Origin: Owenia fusiformis
Lineage: Eukaryota
NCBI GenBank assembly: GCA_903813345.2
Contig: CAIIXF020000001.1
Location: 18,538,001 to 18,602,000, forward strand
Direction of reading: 5' to 3'
Length of the DNA stretch: 64,000 nt
In this document: positions 1 to 12,355 of the stretch, one piece after another
Numbering within the stretch: the first letter of the stretch is position 1
How the letters are laid out: each line of letters opens with the position of its first letter
The notes under the pieces: model-generated
The model's input: only the letters and a program-made list of their open reading frames with translations
What the model was told of the DNA's origin: nothing
Database searches by the model: none
Translations under genes and position numbers: made by a program

Positions 1-103
1 TCATAGGATGTTCTTTTTATTCCATAGTTAAAGTCATCATCAGAATCGTCGGAAATTAAGTGATTTAATTCAAATTTTCCAAACGATCCGGTGATGTTGA
101 CAC
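1..103 (-). CDS. possible coding exon running off the window edge (unidentified)
   Basis: Minus-strand acceptor-like ATTTTTGCTACTTCAG followed by an open frame (VNITGSFGKFELNHLISDDSDDDFNYGIKRTSY...) to the window start. No homology recognised. Confidence 0.2.
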
Positions 104-1807
104 CTGAAGTAGCAAAAATCCATAATTCATGTCATGGCTTAAACACCGTATGCTATGGTTAAGTGAAAATTTGTCAAAAAATATCATATTTTACCACTGA
201 TTACAAAAATACCGTTTTTATTTTGACATGTTATCATATGAATATCATGCAAACTAATGGAATAAATAGTATTATGATATGTTTTGAACCATATGATACA
301 CAAGGAGATCATCTAAAACCAATATCAAATGTTTTACACCACACAAACCAACATTTGAAGCTTTCAAAAAAGCATATATGGCAACATTTGGAATCGATTG
401 TTTGTATTATGTTAAAGGGTGACACATATCGGTTAGAAAATCGAATGCTCATATCTGGTGTTGCTCACTGTTTAGTATAAAAGGCCTGATCCCGGAATAA
501 TACAACTCAAGGGTTCATAGGATCGAGGTCATTGTGTCAACACCTCTAACTGTTATATAGCATAAGTATATAATAGATCATCACACATTTATAAAAGGGA
601 GATTTTTGTTTTGACAAATCAATTTCACATTTATTGGTGAAGTTTCAGGATCTTCTATTTGTGTATAATAAGGAAAAATTTCGCCGTAACATAATAGTAC
701 ACAGCTTGGCATATGAAAAAATATCCTCCAAATGAAACAAAGCAGTTCTAATACAAGAATTTATATTGGCTGTTGTACATGCATTCTTTGAACTCTCTAA
801 ATAATGTTTTCAGAATCATAATAAACGGATTACTTTATCTCCAAGACAATTTACAAAACTCCCCTTATTTCTTCAAAATGGACTGATCCAGTTGACTCGC
901 CTGGAACCCCCATATTGTTTTTATACGGGAAGCTTATTGGAACTTAGCTGGTAACACTAGAATACAACAATGACATCAGTTGAAAGCTGAAATGAATTTG
1001 CACATAAGGCAACACGATTTGATAAGTAATCGAATAAAATCACATTGTCAAGTTAAGTAGTAACATTTAAAATTAAATGTTTGTATTTTTTTAAAGGTTT
1101 CAATGATACATCAATGACTCACCCTTTACTGTGGAAATAAGAATTCAAATATTAAGACTCTTTAACATGTAATCCAATGGGCATTGGAAATTTTTGATAT
1201 CCTGAGAATGTTTGACAACTGAAAGGTATATTGAATGTCTAAATAAGCACATATGAATAAGCACAAATGGCAACATTTGAAATCACTTGTTTATACTTTA
1301 GGTTTTTGAATATGGAATGTGCATAATTTAGATTTTATCAGTTTATGTCATACAAGGCAACATTTGAAATGAAGTTTGAACCAGAAGTAGCAAACGTGGC
1401 AATATTTAAAATTACATGTATACATTTGTTATGTTAAAAAATAGAATAGGCTAAAGGCATAATCTATTTGCGCCAGAGGAATATATAAAATAATGTTTCA
1501 ATTAGCACCATCCATCCACAAATAGCAGTTTAGAAAACAATTTTTTATGTTCTATCAAGGTTTTATATACTCTAAAAGAACTTCATGAAAAAAGTGTATT
1601 TAATTTTATATGAAAAAGTTCTTATAATCATAATTTCAAGAAAACAAAAATCATAGGTCAAATGTAATTTTTATTTTTTGTATAGTAAGTGCAAAAACCA
1701 AATTAAACTAAAATTTTCATGTGATACCACAGAATTTATATACATGCCCTTTAAACTTGTCAAATCATTGCTCATATTCTATTGCATGAAGCATATGATT
1801 CTTGTGA

Positions 1808-2328
1808 CTGACTCACACCGGAAAAGCCTGACAATGGTAAAGTCAGATACCGTTGTCACAAATGACGGACATAACCGTCGCTTCAACTGTTTAATCACTT
1901 GGTCCTCATTTCATGGGATTTATCCTCGCTAATTCTGTGCATGTATTAGGCTCTTGTGATGATGTTTCATATGAAATCCCAATTTCGATCAAATTTGGTC
2001 GTGAATCGCCACAATATAGCGTCTTTGATATCGTCAATGACAATGGCATCTAAATTTGAGTAATTTAGAAAGACAATGGCATATGGTAATTACAGTGTCC
2101 GTTCTCCCGTTCTCTCATTTTATTGGTTAAATTTAAGACCTTCTTTCGATGGTAGAACATTATTAAGAGTACAGACACTTTGATTGATTGTTGTTCCAAA
2201 GGAATTTAGTCTAGGTGCTCTATTATACATACAGTTCATGACAATCTAATTGAAGTGACAGTTATGTCCGCCATTTGTGACAATGGTATCTGACTTTATC
2301 ATTGTCAGGCTATTCCGGTGTGTGACTA
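1808..2328. mobile_element. inverted-repeat (MITE-like) element
   Basis: About 68-bp arms: CACACCGGAAAAGCCTGACAATGGTAAAGTCAGATACCGTTGTCACAAATGACGGACATAAC (~1813-1874) against its near reverse complement at ~2261-2323. Outer termini and TSD not resolved. Confidence 0.5.
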
Positions 2329-3740
2329 GCTTTTCAGTAACCGGAGGTAACTATCAACTAATGGGTCTGTGGGTAGAATATTGGGATACAACTCATCTCC
2401 TTGTTGTTGAAAACAAACAATGTTTTTTCCCTCCCAAATGTGATTATACATGTTCTTAGATGGAAGGTATTTTATATCTATTCAACATATGTTCACAGAG
2501 TGGTAGAAACAACCGTAATTTTCAAAATTGGCTCCAACACGCCTAACCATCGAAAAGGTACAGTGACAAAATATACCGTAGTATTCTTTAGATGTACGAT
2601 GTCACTATTTAACCGATTTGAAGCAAAGACAATGATGTAGATTTGATGTAGGTTTTAAAAAAATAATCTGAGTAATGCATTAAGATTTCATGTTTGATTT
2701 TTTGTGTATTCATTTAGGAAGACATTTAACTTTCTAATAACGTTAAAAGATTTTCGAACAGTGCTCGATTTTTTTCATAGTCAATCTACCAATATAATTG
2801 GTCGGTGGGAAAATGTTGTGTTTTTACACATTTCCTTTGATCATTTCCTCCCCTGTCGTCTAAGAGTGTCGAAGATTTTTATGAGAATATGTTTCTTTAA
2901 ACAGCACAATTATGGTCTGTTGTAATTTAAAAAATCATAAGTGTATGTTGTTAACTTGAATGTATGTTGTCCCATTGAACCTACTCAATTCACAGTTAAC
3001 CCTAATGCAGACACCGTATTTTTCATAACACTAACAGACAGGGGGATCAGATGCATTTAAAATTGAAACAGTACACTTACAGAATTACTTCAATTTGATT
3101 GAACTATTGAAACTTTCCAGATATATCATAAACGGGATTTTAAAAAGTCATATTCAATAAGCTAGTATAGATCAGTAGATCTATCTATCAATGTAATTAA
3201 CACAATGCAGGGGCGGATCTGGGAACCAACAAGGGGGGGGCCCAAACTTGTGGTCTGAGAAAAATAACTTCCCCAAAGTGGGCCCAAATTTTGAAATTTT
3301 GAGGCCCATTTTCTTCAAAATTTGGCCTAAAATTAACAAATAAGGCCTTACAAGGTCAATTTATGACCAAAAAGGCCTACTTTTTGGGGCCTTAAAGCCT
3401 TTTTAGGCTCAAAATTTTTTTTGGGCACAATTTTTTTTTTCTGGGCCCACCCAAGGGGGGGGGGCCCGGGCCCCTTCAACATATTCTATTCCGAGACACT
3501 GGACGGGAGTATTGGCTGGAAGCTAACACCAAATGGGCACAAATTAACCACCACCACAACAATACTTTCATAAAATGAAAAAGCAATACTTGAACATGTT
3601 CATTAAAGATCACTTGTTACTCAGAAAAACCTTAATGAATTTGAAATGAAATCATTAAATTGTTTAATATTACGTATATCTCATGAATTTCAATTACAGC
3701 AGCAACGTACATTTGAGTTGACAATGCACATTTCTGATTT

Positions 3741-3784
3741 TTAGCTCACATGGTGAGCTTTTGCAATCGCTCACTTGTCCGTCT

Positions 3785-3815
<31 letters not shown>

Positions 3816-4828
3816 CGTCAACAATAGTGGCACGTTTTAAAACCTCTGTCGATAGGATTCCTGTTTTAAGTTATTTCTGTTCAACATCAATACAGAAAAC
3901 TCCCCTATGACTCCTGGTTCAAAAGCTCGCCTTTTTTCAAAATGGCCGCCATTTTTGTCTCGCGAAATTCACTTTTGACCTATTTCCTAGCTTTACAAAT
4001 AATTTCAAGTGTCCTACATTGTAAAAATCCATGTCAATGTAAAGAGTAGATGTATGAAATAATTTTGTTACGAAAAATCAGCAAAAAATTATATCCATTT
4101 TTTTTTTCAGCCATTTTAGTTAACATTGATTTGTCCATCTGTCTCGCAAAATCCACTTTTGGACCATTTGCCTTAAACCCTCTATCAATAGGATTCCTGT
4201 TTGTTCAACATCAATACAAAAAACTCTCCTATGACTCTTGGTTCAAAAGCTCGCCTATTTTCAAAATGGTCACCATTCTTGTCTCGCGAAATTCACTTTT
4301 GGCCCATTTCCTAGCTTTACAAATAATTTCAACATTGTAAAAAGCCATGTCACTGTAAAGAGTAGTTGTATGAAATAATTTTGTTACAAAAAATCGGCAA
4401 AATATTATATCAGTTTTTTTTATTTTCAGCCATTTTAGTTAACATTGATTCGTCCATCTGTTTCTCAGTCAGTCCAAAAAAGTGGCAAGTTTTAAACCTC
4501 TGTCAACACTTTTTAAATCCTCTGTAGACAGGATTCCCGATTTAAAATAATTTTGTTCAACATCAAAAAAGAAAAAAAACCTGTGACTCCTGCTTCAAAA
4601 TCTCGCCTAATTTCAAAATGGCCACCATTTTTGTCTCGGGAAATTCACTTTTGGCCCATTTCCTAGCTTTACAAATAAGTTCAGGTGTCCTGCATTGTAA
4701 AAAGCCATGTCTTTGTAAAGAGTAGTTGTATGAAATAATTTTGTCACAAAAAATCTGCAAAAAATTATACCCGTCTTTTTTTTTCACTTTTGAGCAACAC
4801 CATGTGAGCCCAGTACCCACGGTACTAA
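3741..4828 (+). mobile_element. Helentron-associated non-autonomous element (HINE/DINE-1-like), family A
   Basis: 5' hairpin AGCTCAC-ATG-GTGAGCT, then a GTCY microsatellite and internal tandem blocks. 3' subTIR CACCATGTGAGC (4798-4809) and stem-loop AGTACC-CAC-GGTACT; T-rich flanks. Same family at 15039 and 21991. Confidence 0.8.
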
Positions 4829-5538
4829 TTTTTTTAAATTACAATAGATACTTGATAAAAGTTGGAGAACAGTCTCCTGGGCTAATAATTTATTTCATGA
4901 AAAATATAGAAATATTACCCAAATTAAATTGTGAGTATTCAAAAGAAGACATTCAAATCTATATTATGTAAAAAAAATCAAATTTGTCCGAAGCAGGGAT
5001 AATGCTCATTTTGATTGATGAACTTCGTTCTCCAAACAGAGAATCGTCCTTTGACATCAATTTTTGACATATTGTAATGGAGATATTGAATTGAAAATTT
5101 TCTGAAATCTAGAGAATAGAGTCAAGGTACATATCCATTTACATTATCAGTTTTTCATTCGTTCCAGGCTTTGAAAATAAGAGTTGGGGTTTAACATGTA
5201 AAGCTATGAGGAAAAAGACTGGTCCTTAACTTTTTTTGAGGAGTATAGTATATCATCTCTCTAATTCTTGCCTAAAAAATCTAAAACCAGAATTCAGGTA
5301 TTGTAATTCACTTTAATTCTGAGATCTTTTTGAAATATGGCTACAACAGTGTCTTCAATATTTCCTTTCCAGCACATGTAATATCATGTAAGTTGAATAT
5401 GGAAGTTCTTTTTAAAGCGCATAACTACCCTAAGGACCTAGTGAACCTGGAATGAAAACCAGAATACCTATAACATCACCTGACAAAGATGAAATATTAT
5501 AAGAAAGGTGAATGTCTATCATTGCCTTGGGCTATCTA

Positions 5539-6449
5539 CAGGGTGTTAAAAAAAACGCAACCCAAAGAAATCGCTATATCTTGAAAAATACTGGTTCAAT
5601 TATGTTCATATTTTCAGGAAAGAAAGAAGAGACTGTGTATGTATAGCTCCTGTAGATGGTTAGTTATAAAATGTGATGCCTTGGACACCTGCTCAAAAGA
5701 CAGTTGTACTAGGAAAATACAAAAAACGCAGTCAGGGATGACTGCAACCGCAAAAAAACTAAATAACTTCCCAAACATAGTGTTTTGGTTGTTCAAATTT
5801 GGCACAAATCATCTTCATTCACTGTATGGTAAATCTGTTGAGTGAAATCAAAATCACTTCAGGGACTTTACAGTCATGGTCGAAATGCTTTCAAATCACA
5901 GTCAAACGCCCTGGTTCAGGCAGACTTAAGAGGCATTTTGACCATGACTGTAAAGTCCCTGGAGTGATTTTGATAAAACTTTGAGTCTCCACTCATTGAA
6001 TGAGGATAATTTGTGCCAAATTTGAAGTGCCAAAACACTATGGTTAAAAAGTTATTTGGTTTTATTGCTGTGGCAGTCACCTCTGACTGCATGTTTCGTA
6101 TTTTCCTTGTACAACTGTCTTTTGGGCAGGTGTCCAAGGTATCATGTTTTACAACTAACTAACAACGGGAGCTATACATGCACAGTATCTTCTTTCTTTT
6201 CCTGGAAAAAATGAAGAAATTGAATTAGTATTTTCCAAGATATAGTGATTTTCAATTCATGTTTTAGGTATTTTCCTAGTACAACTGTCTTTTGAGCAAG
6301 TGTCCAAGACATCATGTTCTACAACTAACTAACAACAGGAGCTATAAATACACAGTCTCTTCTTTCTTTCCTGAAAATATGAACACAATTGGATAAGTAT
6401 CTTCCAAGATATAGCAATTTCTTTGGGTTGCGTTTTTTTTAACACCCTG
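5539..6449. mobile_element. Tc1/mariner-type foldback MITE
   Basis: TA|CAGGGTGTTAAAAAAAACGCAACCCAAAGAAAT ... ATTTCTTTGGGTTGCGTTTTTTTTAACACCCTG|TA. The element is almost wholly palindromic around ~5910; the right arm carries an internal ~180-bp duplication. Confidence 0.85.
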
Positions 6450-6509
6450 TATTATGATGAGTAACATGCAACGTGAAAACATATCGCTACCATGATAAAG
6501 TGTCAATAC

Positions 6510-8501
6510 CTACTTTTCATAGGCTCAATATATGGCAATTCCCCCTTTCCATAGTTTCAATATGTGGCAATACCCCCTTTCCATGGGCTCAATATGTGGC
6601 AATACCCCCTTTTCATGGGCTCAGTCAATATGTGGAAATACCCTCCTTTCCATAGGCTCGATATGTGGCAATACCCCCTTTCCATAGTCTCAATATGTGG
6701 CAATACCCCCTTTCCATAGTTTCAATATGTGGCAATACTCCCTTTCCATAGGCTCAATATGTGGCAATACCCCCTTTCCATGGTCTCAATATGTGGCAAT
6801 ACTCCCTTTCCATAGGCTCAATATGTGCCAATACCCCCTTTTGATAGTCTCAATATGTGGCAATACTCCCTTTCCATAAGCTCAATATGTGGCAATACCC
6901 CATTTCCATAGACTCAATATGTGGCAATACCCCCTTTCCATAGTCTCAATATGTGGCAATACTCCCTTTCCATAAGTTCAATATGTGGCAATACCCTCTT
7001 TCCGTGGGCTCAATATGTTGCAATACTCCCTTTCCATAGTCTCAATATGTGGCAATACATCCTTACCAATTTCCATGAGCTCAATATGTGGTAATACCCC
7101 CTTTTCCTAGGCTCAATTTGTGGCAATGCCCCCTTTTCATAGGCTCTATTTGGCAATACCCAATTTCCATAGGCTCAATATGTGGCAATACCCCTTTCTA
7201 TAGTCTCCATATGTGGCAATACGTTCTTTCCAATTTCCATGGTCTCAATATGTGGCAATACTCCCTTTCCATAGGCTCAATATGTGCAAATACCCCCTTT
7301 CAATAGTCTCAATATGTGGCAATACTCCCTTTCCATAAGCTCAATATGTGGCAATACTCCCTTTCCATAGGCTCAATATGTGGCAATACCCCCTTTCCAT
7401 AGTCTCAATATGTGGCAATACTCCCTTTCCATAAGTTCAATATGTGGCAATACTCCCTTTCCATAGGCTCAATATGTGGCAATACTCCCTTTCCATAGTC
7501 TCAATATGTGGCATTACATCCTTCCCAATTTCCATGGGCTCAATATGTGGTAATACCCCCTTTTCATAGGCTCAATATGTGGCAATACCCCATTTCCAAA
7601 GGCTCAATATGTGGCAATACCCCCTTTTCATAGGCTCAATATGTGGCAATACCCCATTTCCATTGGCTCAATATGTGACAATACCCCCCTTTCCATGGGC
7701 TCAATATGTGACAATACCCTCTTTCCTTAGTCTCAATATGTGGCAATACCTCCTTTCCAATTTCATGGGCTCAATATGTGGCAAAATCCCCTTTCCATAG
7801 GCTCAATATGTGGCGATAGCCCCTTTCCATAGGCTCAATATTTGGCAATATCCCCTTTCGATGGGCTCAATATGTGGCAATATCCCCTTAACATGGGCTC
7901 AATATGTGGCAATACCTCCATTTCAATAGTCTCAATATGTGGCAATACCCCCTTTCCATGGTCTCAATACAGTATGTGGCAATACTCCCTTTCCATAGGC
8001 TCAACATGTGACAATACCCCCTTTCCATGGGCTTAATATGTGGCAATAACCCCTTTCAATAGTCTCAATATGTGGCAATACCCCTTTCAATAATCTCAAT
8101 ATGTGGCAATACTCCCTTTCCATAGGCTCAACATGTGACAATACCCCCTTTCCATGGGCTATATGACACTACCCCCTTTCCAGAATCATATGTGGCAATG
8201 CCCTCTTTCCACAGGCTTAATATGTGGCAATACCCCCTTTCCATAGTCTCAATATGTGGCAATAGATTCTTTCCAATTTCCATGGGCTCAATATGTGGCA
8301 ATATCCCCTTTCCATGGGCTTAATATGTGACAATACCCCCTTTCCATAGTCTCAATATGTGGCAATAGATTCTTTCCAATTTCCATGGGCTCAATATGTG
8401 GCAATATCCCCTTTCCATGGGCTTAATATGTGACAATACCCCCTTTCCATAGTCTCAATATGTGGCAATACTCCCTTTTCATAGGCTCAACATGTGACAA
8501 T
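6510..8501. repeat. 32-bp minisatellite, left block
   Basis: Unit CAATATGTGGCAATACCCCCTTTCCATAGGCT with period 32 (e.g. 6691, 6723). It explains the many short spurious ORFs here. Confidence 0.95.
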
Positions 8502-10072
8502 TGCTGGATTTACACATGACGTTTTACAAAAGGTTCTTCGGTTTACCAGGTTTAAGAATTAGGTGTAATCACGATTGCGGTTTTAAAAAAGCGCTTTTCT
8601 ATAACTCCAAGAACCCTAATCACTAGTAAACGGCATAAGTCGTTAGGCACCTTAAGTGTGCAGTGTAATACTGATCGGTTTTTGTAAGACGCCTTACCCA
8701 GGTTTTTACTAGTTTTTAACATTTGCCTTAAACGAAATAAGACCATGATTTCCAAAAATAATAAACACATTTGATACATGATGAGACATCCGGTCACGCT
8801 GCTATCTGGCTATATCTAAAGTGAAAAATGGATGATGGTCGCCAGGTCACATCGAAATCAAGTGTTATCTTCAGAGAATATGTACATATTTTTCTTTTAC
8901 CTTTTTATTATCGCACTTTGAAAAAGTGCTATATTGTCGTCGTCTTGTGCTGTTGGGCGGGCAGGCGTGCGGGCGGGCGGGACATAAACCAAATCTTGTC
9001 ATCAAATTTCCAGGATAACTGCTTACCTGTTCAACTTGAAATTTTTACAGATGAAGGGCAGACTAGTACCAAGATCTGATTAGGTTAAGGGCATGCTGGG
9101 TAAACTACGTGGCGGCCATTTTGAATTTTTTAACTAATCTTGTCATCATTCCAACAAGACCACTTATCCGTTCAACTTGAAATTTCTACAGATGCAAGAG
9201 CAGACTATTGCCAAGATCTGATTAGGTTTTGGGTATGCTGGCTGAATTACATGGTGGCCATTTTGAATTTTTCAATTTGGCGGCCATTTTGAATTTTTCA
9301 ACTTGCTCCAAATTGACCAAATTTCTTTTTTAAAAACATCTACAAGTTCTCAGAAGTTCAAATCTGACCTTAGATTTCAGATTTGACCTTTCGTTGACTT
9401 TCAGTGACCTTGAAAAGGTCAAAAAGTTGATTTTCTAAATTGATATTTTGGATTTAAATTTAGGTCGGCTTAATAACAAAACACCTACTGAGGTCTAAAA
9501 AAGTGAAATTTTCAAGGTCGAAGGTCATCAAATTAGGTCACAAACAATGTTATCTAAATTTTCTCAAAGTTCAAGACTACAAATAAATTCTTGTCATCAA
9601 AATTGCAGGAAAACGCTAACCTTGTCAACTTGAAATGTTTACAGATGCAAGAACAGACTAGTGCAAAGGTCTGATTAGGTTTTGGCCATGCTGGGTAAAT
9701 TGCATGGTGGCCAGTTTGCTCTTCAAAGTGCGATATTTATCACTGTGTGTCTTGTTATTTTGTTTTCTCATAATTAATAAAAGATAAATAAAAATTATGC
9801 AATGTCATGCATTTTTAATCAAATTATGGAAGATCAGTTTTGTCTTAGATGTAAAAAGAATACATTTACAGGAGATGTACACATACATGTATGCTGGATA
9901 TTATCCATAACTACATCGTTAAAAGTGCACGAAAGGCGTTTTAGAAAAAACAGGTGTAATTCCAAAATATAATTCCTAAGACGCTTTAGAAATGTTGGTG
10001 TAATCAGAATGGCGATTTTGTAAAGCGCCTTCTTGTGGTGTAATTTTGTAATTTTGTGATGTAATTCCAGCA
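8502..10072. mobile_element. unclassified TIR DNA transposon inserted in the 32-bp minisatellite
   Basis: TIR TGCTGGATTTACA ... TGTAATTCCAGCA with a 3-bp AAT duplication. The empty site GTGAC-AAT-AGCTCC restores a minisatellite unit. Confidence 0.7.
8907..9757 (+). mobile_element. HINE/DINE-1-like element, family B (nested)
   Basis: subTIR ATCGCACTTTGAA (~8910) / TTCAAAGTGCGAT (~9722), 5' partial IR AAAGTGC, GGGC microsatellite, internal tandem repeats and T-rich flanks. Confidence 0.7.
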
Positions 10073-11180
10073 AATAGCTCCTTTCCAGGGGCTTAATATC
10101 TGACAATACCCCCTTTCCATAGTCTTAATATGTGGCAATACCCCCTTTCCATGGACTCAATATGTGGCAATATCCGCTTTCCATGTGCTTAATATGTGGC
10201 AATATACTCTTTCCTTAGTCTCAATATGTGGCAATACCTCCTTTCCAATTTCCATGGGCTCAATATGTGGCAATATCCCCTTTCCATAGGCTCAATATAT
10301 GAGCCTGGCCATAGGAAAACCGGTCTTATCACAAAAATTAAAATTGTGCTACAGAGCCAAAAATGTGCCCACGATTAAGAGGAAAACGAGCTAAATTCAG
10401 ATCCGACTTCTTGGTCTATATATGCAAGGAAAAATTGTTAGGACATAAGCCATGGCTCATTTGAAAGGTTTCTTTGTGCTTTAAAGATAAACAAAAAATC
10501 AGAATATTGAAAAAATCTGTGATAAGACCCCTTTTCCTGTGGCCTGGCTCATATATCAATACCCCCTTTCCATAGGCTCAATATGTGGTAATACCCCCTT
10601 TAGGCTCAATACATGCCAATACCCCCTTTCCTTATTCTCAATATGTGGCAATACCACCTTTCAATTTCCATGGGCTCAATATGTGGCAATATCCCCTTTC
10701 CATAGGCTCAATATGTGGCAATACCCCCTTTCCACAGGCTCAATATGTGGCAATATCCCCTTTCCATAGGCTCAATATGTGGCAAAACCCCCTTTCCATA
10801 GGCTCAATATGTGACAATACCCCCTTTCCATGGGCTTAATATGTGGCAATACCCCCTTTCCATAGTCTCATTATGTGGCAATACCCCCTTTCAATGGGCT
10901 CAATATGTGGTAATACCCCCTTTAGGCTCAATACATGCCAATACCCCCTTTACTTATTCTCAATATGTGGCAATACCTCCTTTCCAATTCCCATGGGCTC
11001 AATATGTGGCAATATCCCCTTTCCGTAGGCTCAATATGTGGCAATACCCCCTTTCCAGAGGCTCAATATGTGGCAATATCCCCTTTTCATGGGCTCAATA
11101 TGTGGCAATATCTCCTTTCCATGGGCTCAATATGTGGAAATACCCCCATTTCCATCGGCTCAATATGTGGCAATTTCCAT
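10073..11180. repeat. 32-bp minisatellite, right block
   Basis: Same unit as 6510-8501; interrupted by a MITE at 10301-10550. Confidence 0.95.
10301..10550. mobile_element. 250-bp MITE with GAG...CTC termini (Sola-like)
   Basis: ATAT|GAGCCTGGCCATAGGAAAACCGGTCTTATCACA ... TGTGATAAGACCCCTTTTCCTGTGGCCTGGCTC|ATAT: 33-bp imperfect TIR and 4-bp TSD. The superfamily call is inferred from termini and TSD only. Confidence 0.75.
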
Positions 11181-12355
11181 AGGTACTAGTTGATCGTGAT
11201 ACATCGTCTAATATTAAATGTCTAGGGGTGGACTATTTTAGTATTTGAGGCAGACACAGCAACATCAATCAATAACATCATGTTTTTATGATATTATATG
11301 ACATCATTCATTAGTGGTATTTAACACGAATACACTTGTGACGTATGTGTATGCTAATCAACATGAGTAAAATGAAAAAGTATCACTAAGTTAATGCATT
11401 AGTATAAACTGTTTGTTAAGGAATGGCTGGTTCTAGAAAACTTATTTCAATACATTTAGGCCGCAAAGCTCAGATGTAAGTTATTTCTAATAAAATAGAT
11501 TTACATAACCATACATACAGTGTAGCTTATAAAGATATTGTTATAGACGTAACTTATTGTTTTTATCTTTGGATAACAACATTAAAACAATTATAGTCAC
11601 CATGGAAACATCACAAATGAAGACACTTAGGAAAGGATTTGCTAAGCTTTTCAAACCTAACAAAATTAAACTTAAATTGTAAGTATGTAAGTAAAATGTA
11701 GATATATTAAAAAATCTTGCAATAATATTGAGTTTGAAATACATGTATCTTAATCAATCTTTAAGGGGAAATTCAATCTCAGAAAAATTAAAAGTGTTTT
11801 TTATTAGTTAATTCATAAACCAGATTCTTTATCAACTTTTATGTGGTCATAATCAGAAAAAACATAATCAGAAAAAATTGATAAAAAATTAGTAAGATAA
11901 TAATGATTGAAATGATAATAAAATGATAATGATTAAAATGATAATAGAAATAATGAAAACTGACATGATACTCTGTGGGAGTTTGACTTCACTGGTGCTT
12001 GAATTATTGTTTTATAGAAGTTCTATAAAAGTTATTTTATTCTTTTACGTTCCATATATTCAATTAGAATATGCTGTTGGAAATCAAATTCAGTTATCTG
12101 CCTATAGATGGAGATACCATTCATTTCACAAAAAGCCAAGGAATTTACATTTGAGGTGGTTATGATTTTATTTGCATCAAAACTGTAAACCATCTAACAG
12201 TCTGAGGATAATGTAGCTACTGGTTGTCAATGGAAAATCAGGGTTACTAATTGGAATACTGACAGTATATGCTTCAGAGTACAGTTATTTGTATCAATGT
12301 TTAAAAGCATTTATAATGAGTGGCGTGTGCTGATTTTATTCTTTCTAATTTTCAG

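Noticed and set aside
3208-3476. GC-rich CAGGGGCGGATCT...GGGCCCGGGCCCC segment
   Set aside because: Probably a truncated MITE, but no matching right terminus or TSD was found.
5373-5507. Candidate upstream RGS exon (CCTTTCCAG acceptor, AAG|GTGAAT donor)
   Set aside because: The frame matching the phase of the 12356 exon contains a stop. It could be a UTR or other exon, but I cannot support that.
6473-11189. Many short ORFs (MWQYPLSIGSICGNTPFP...)
   Set aside because: They are translations of the 32-bp minisatellite in all frames.
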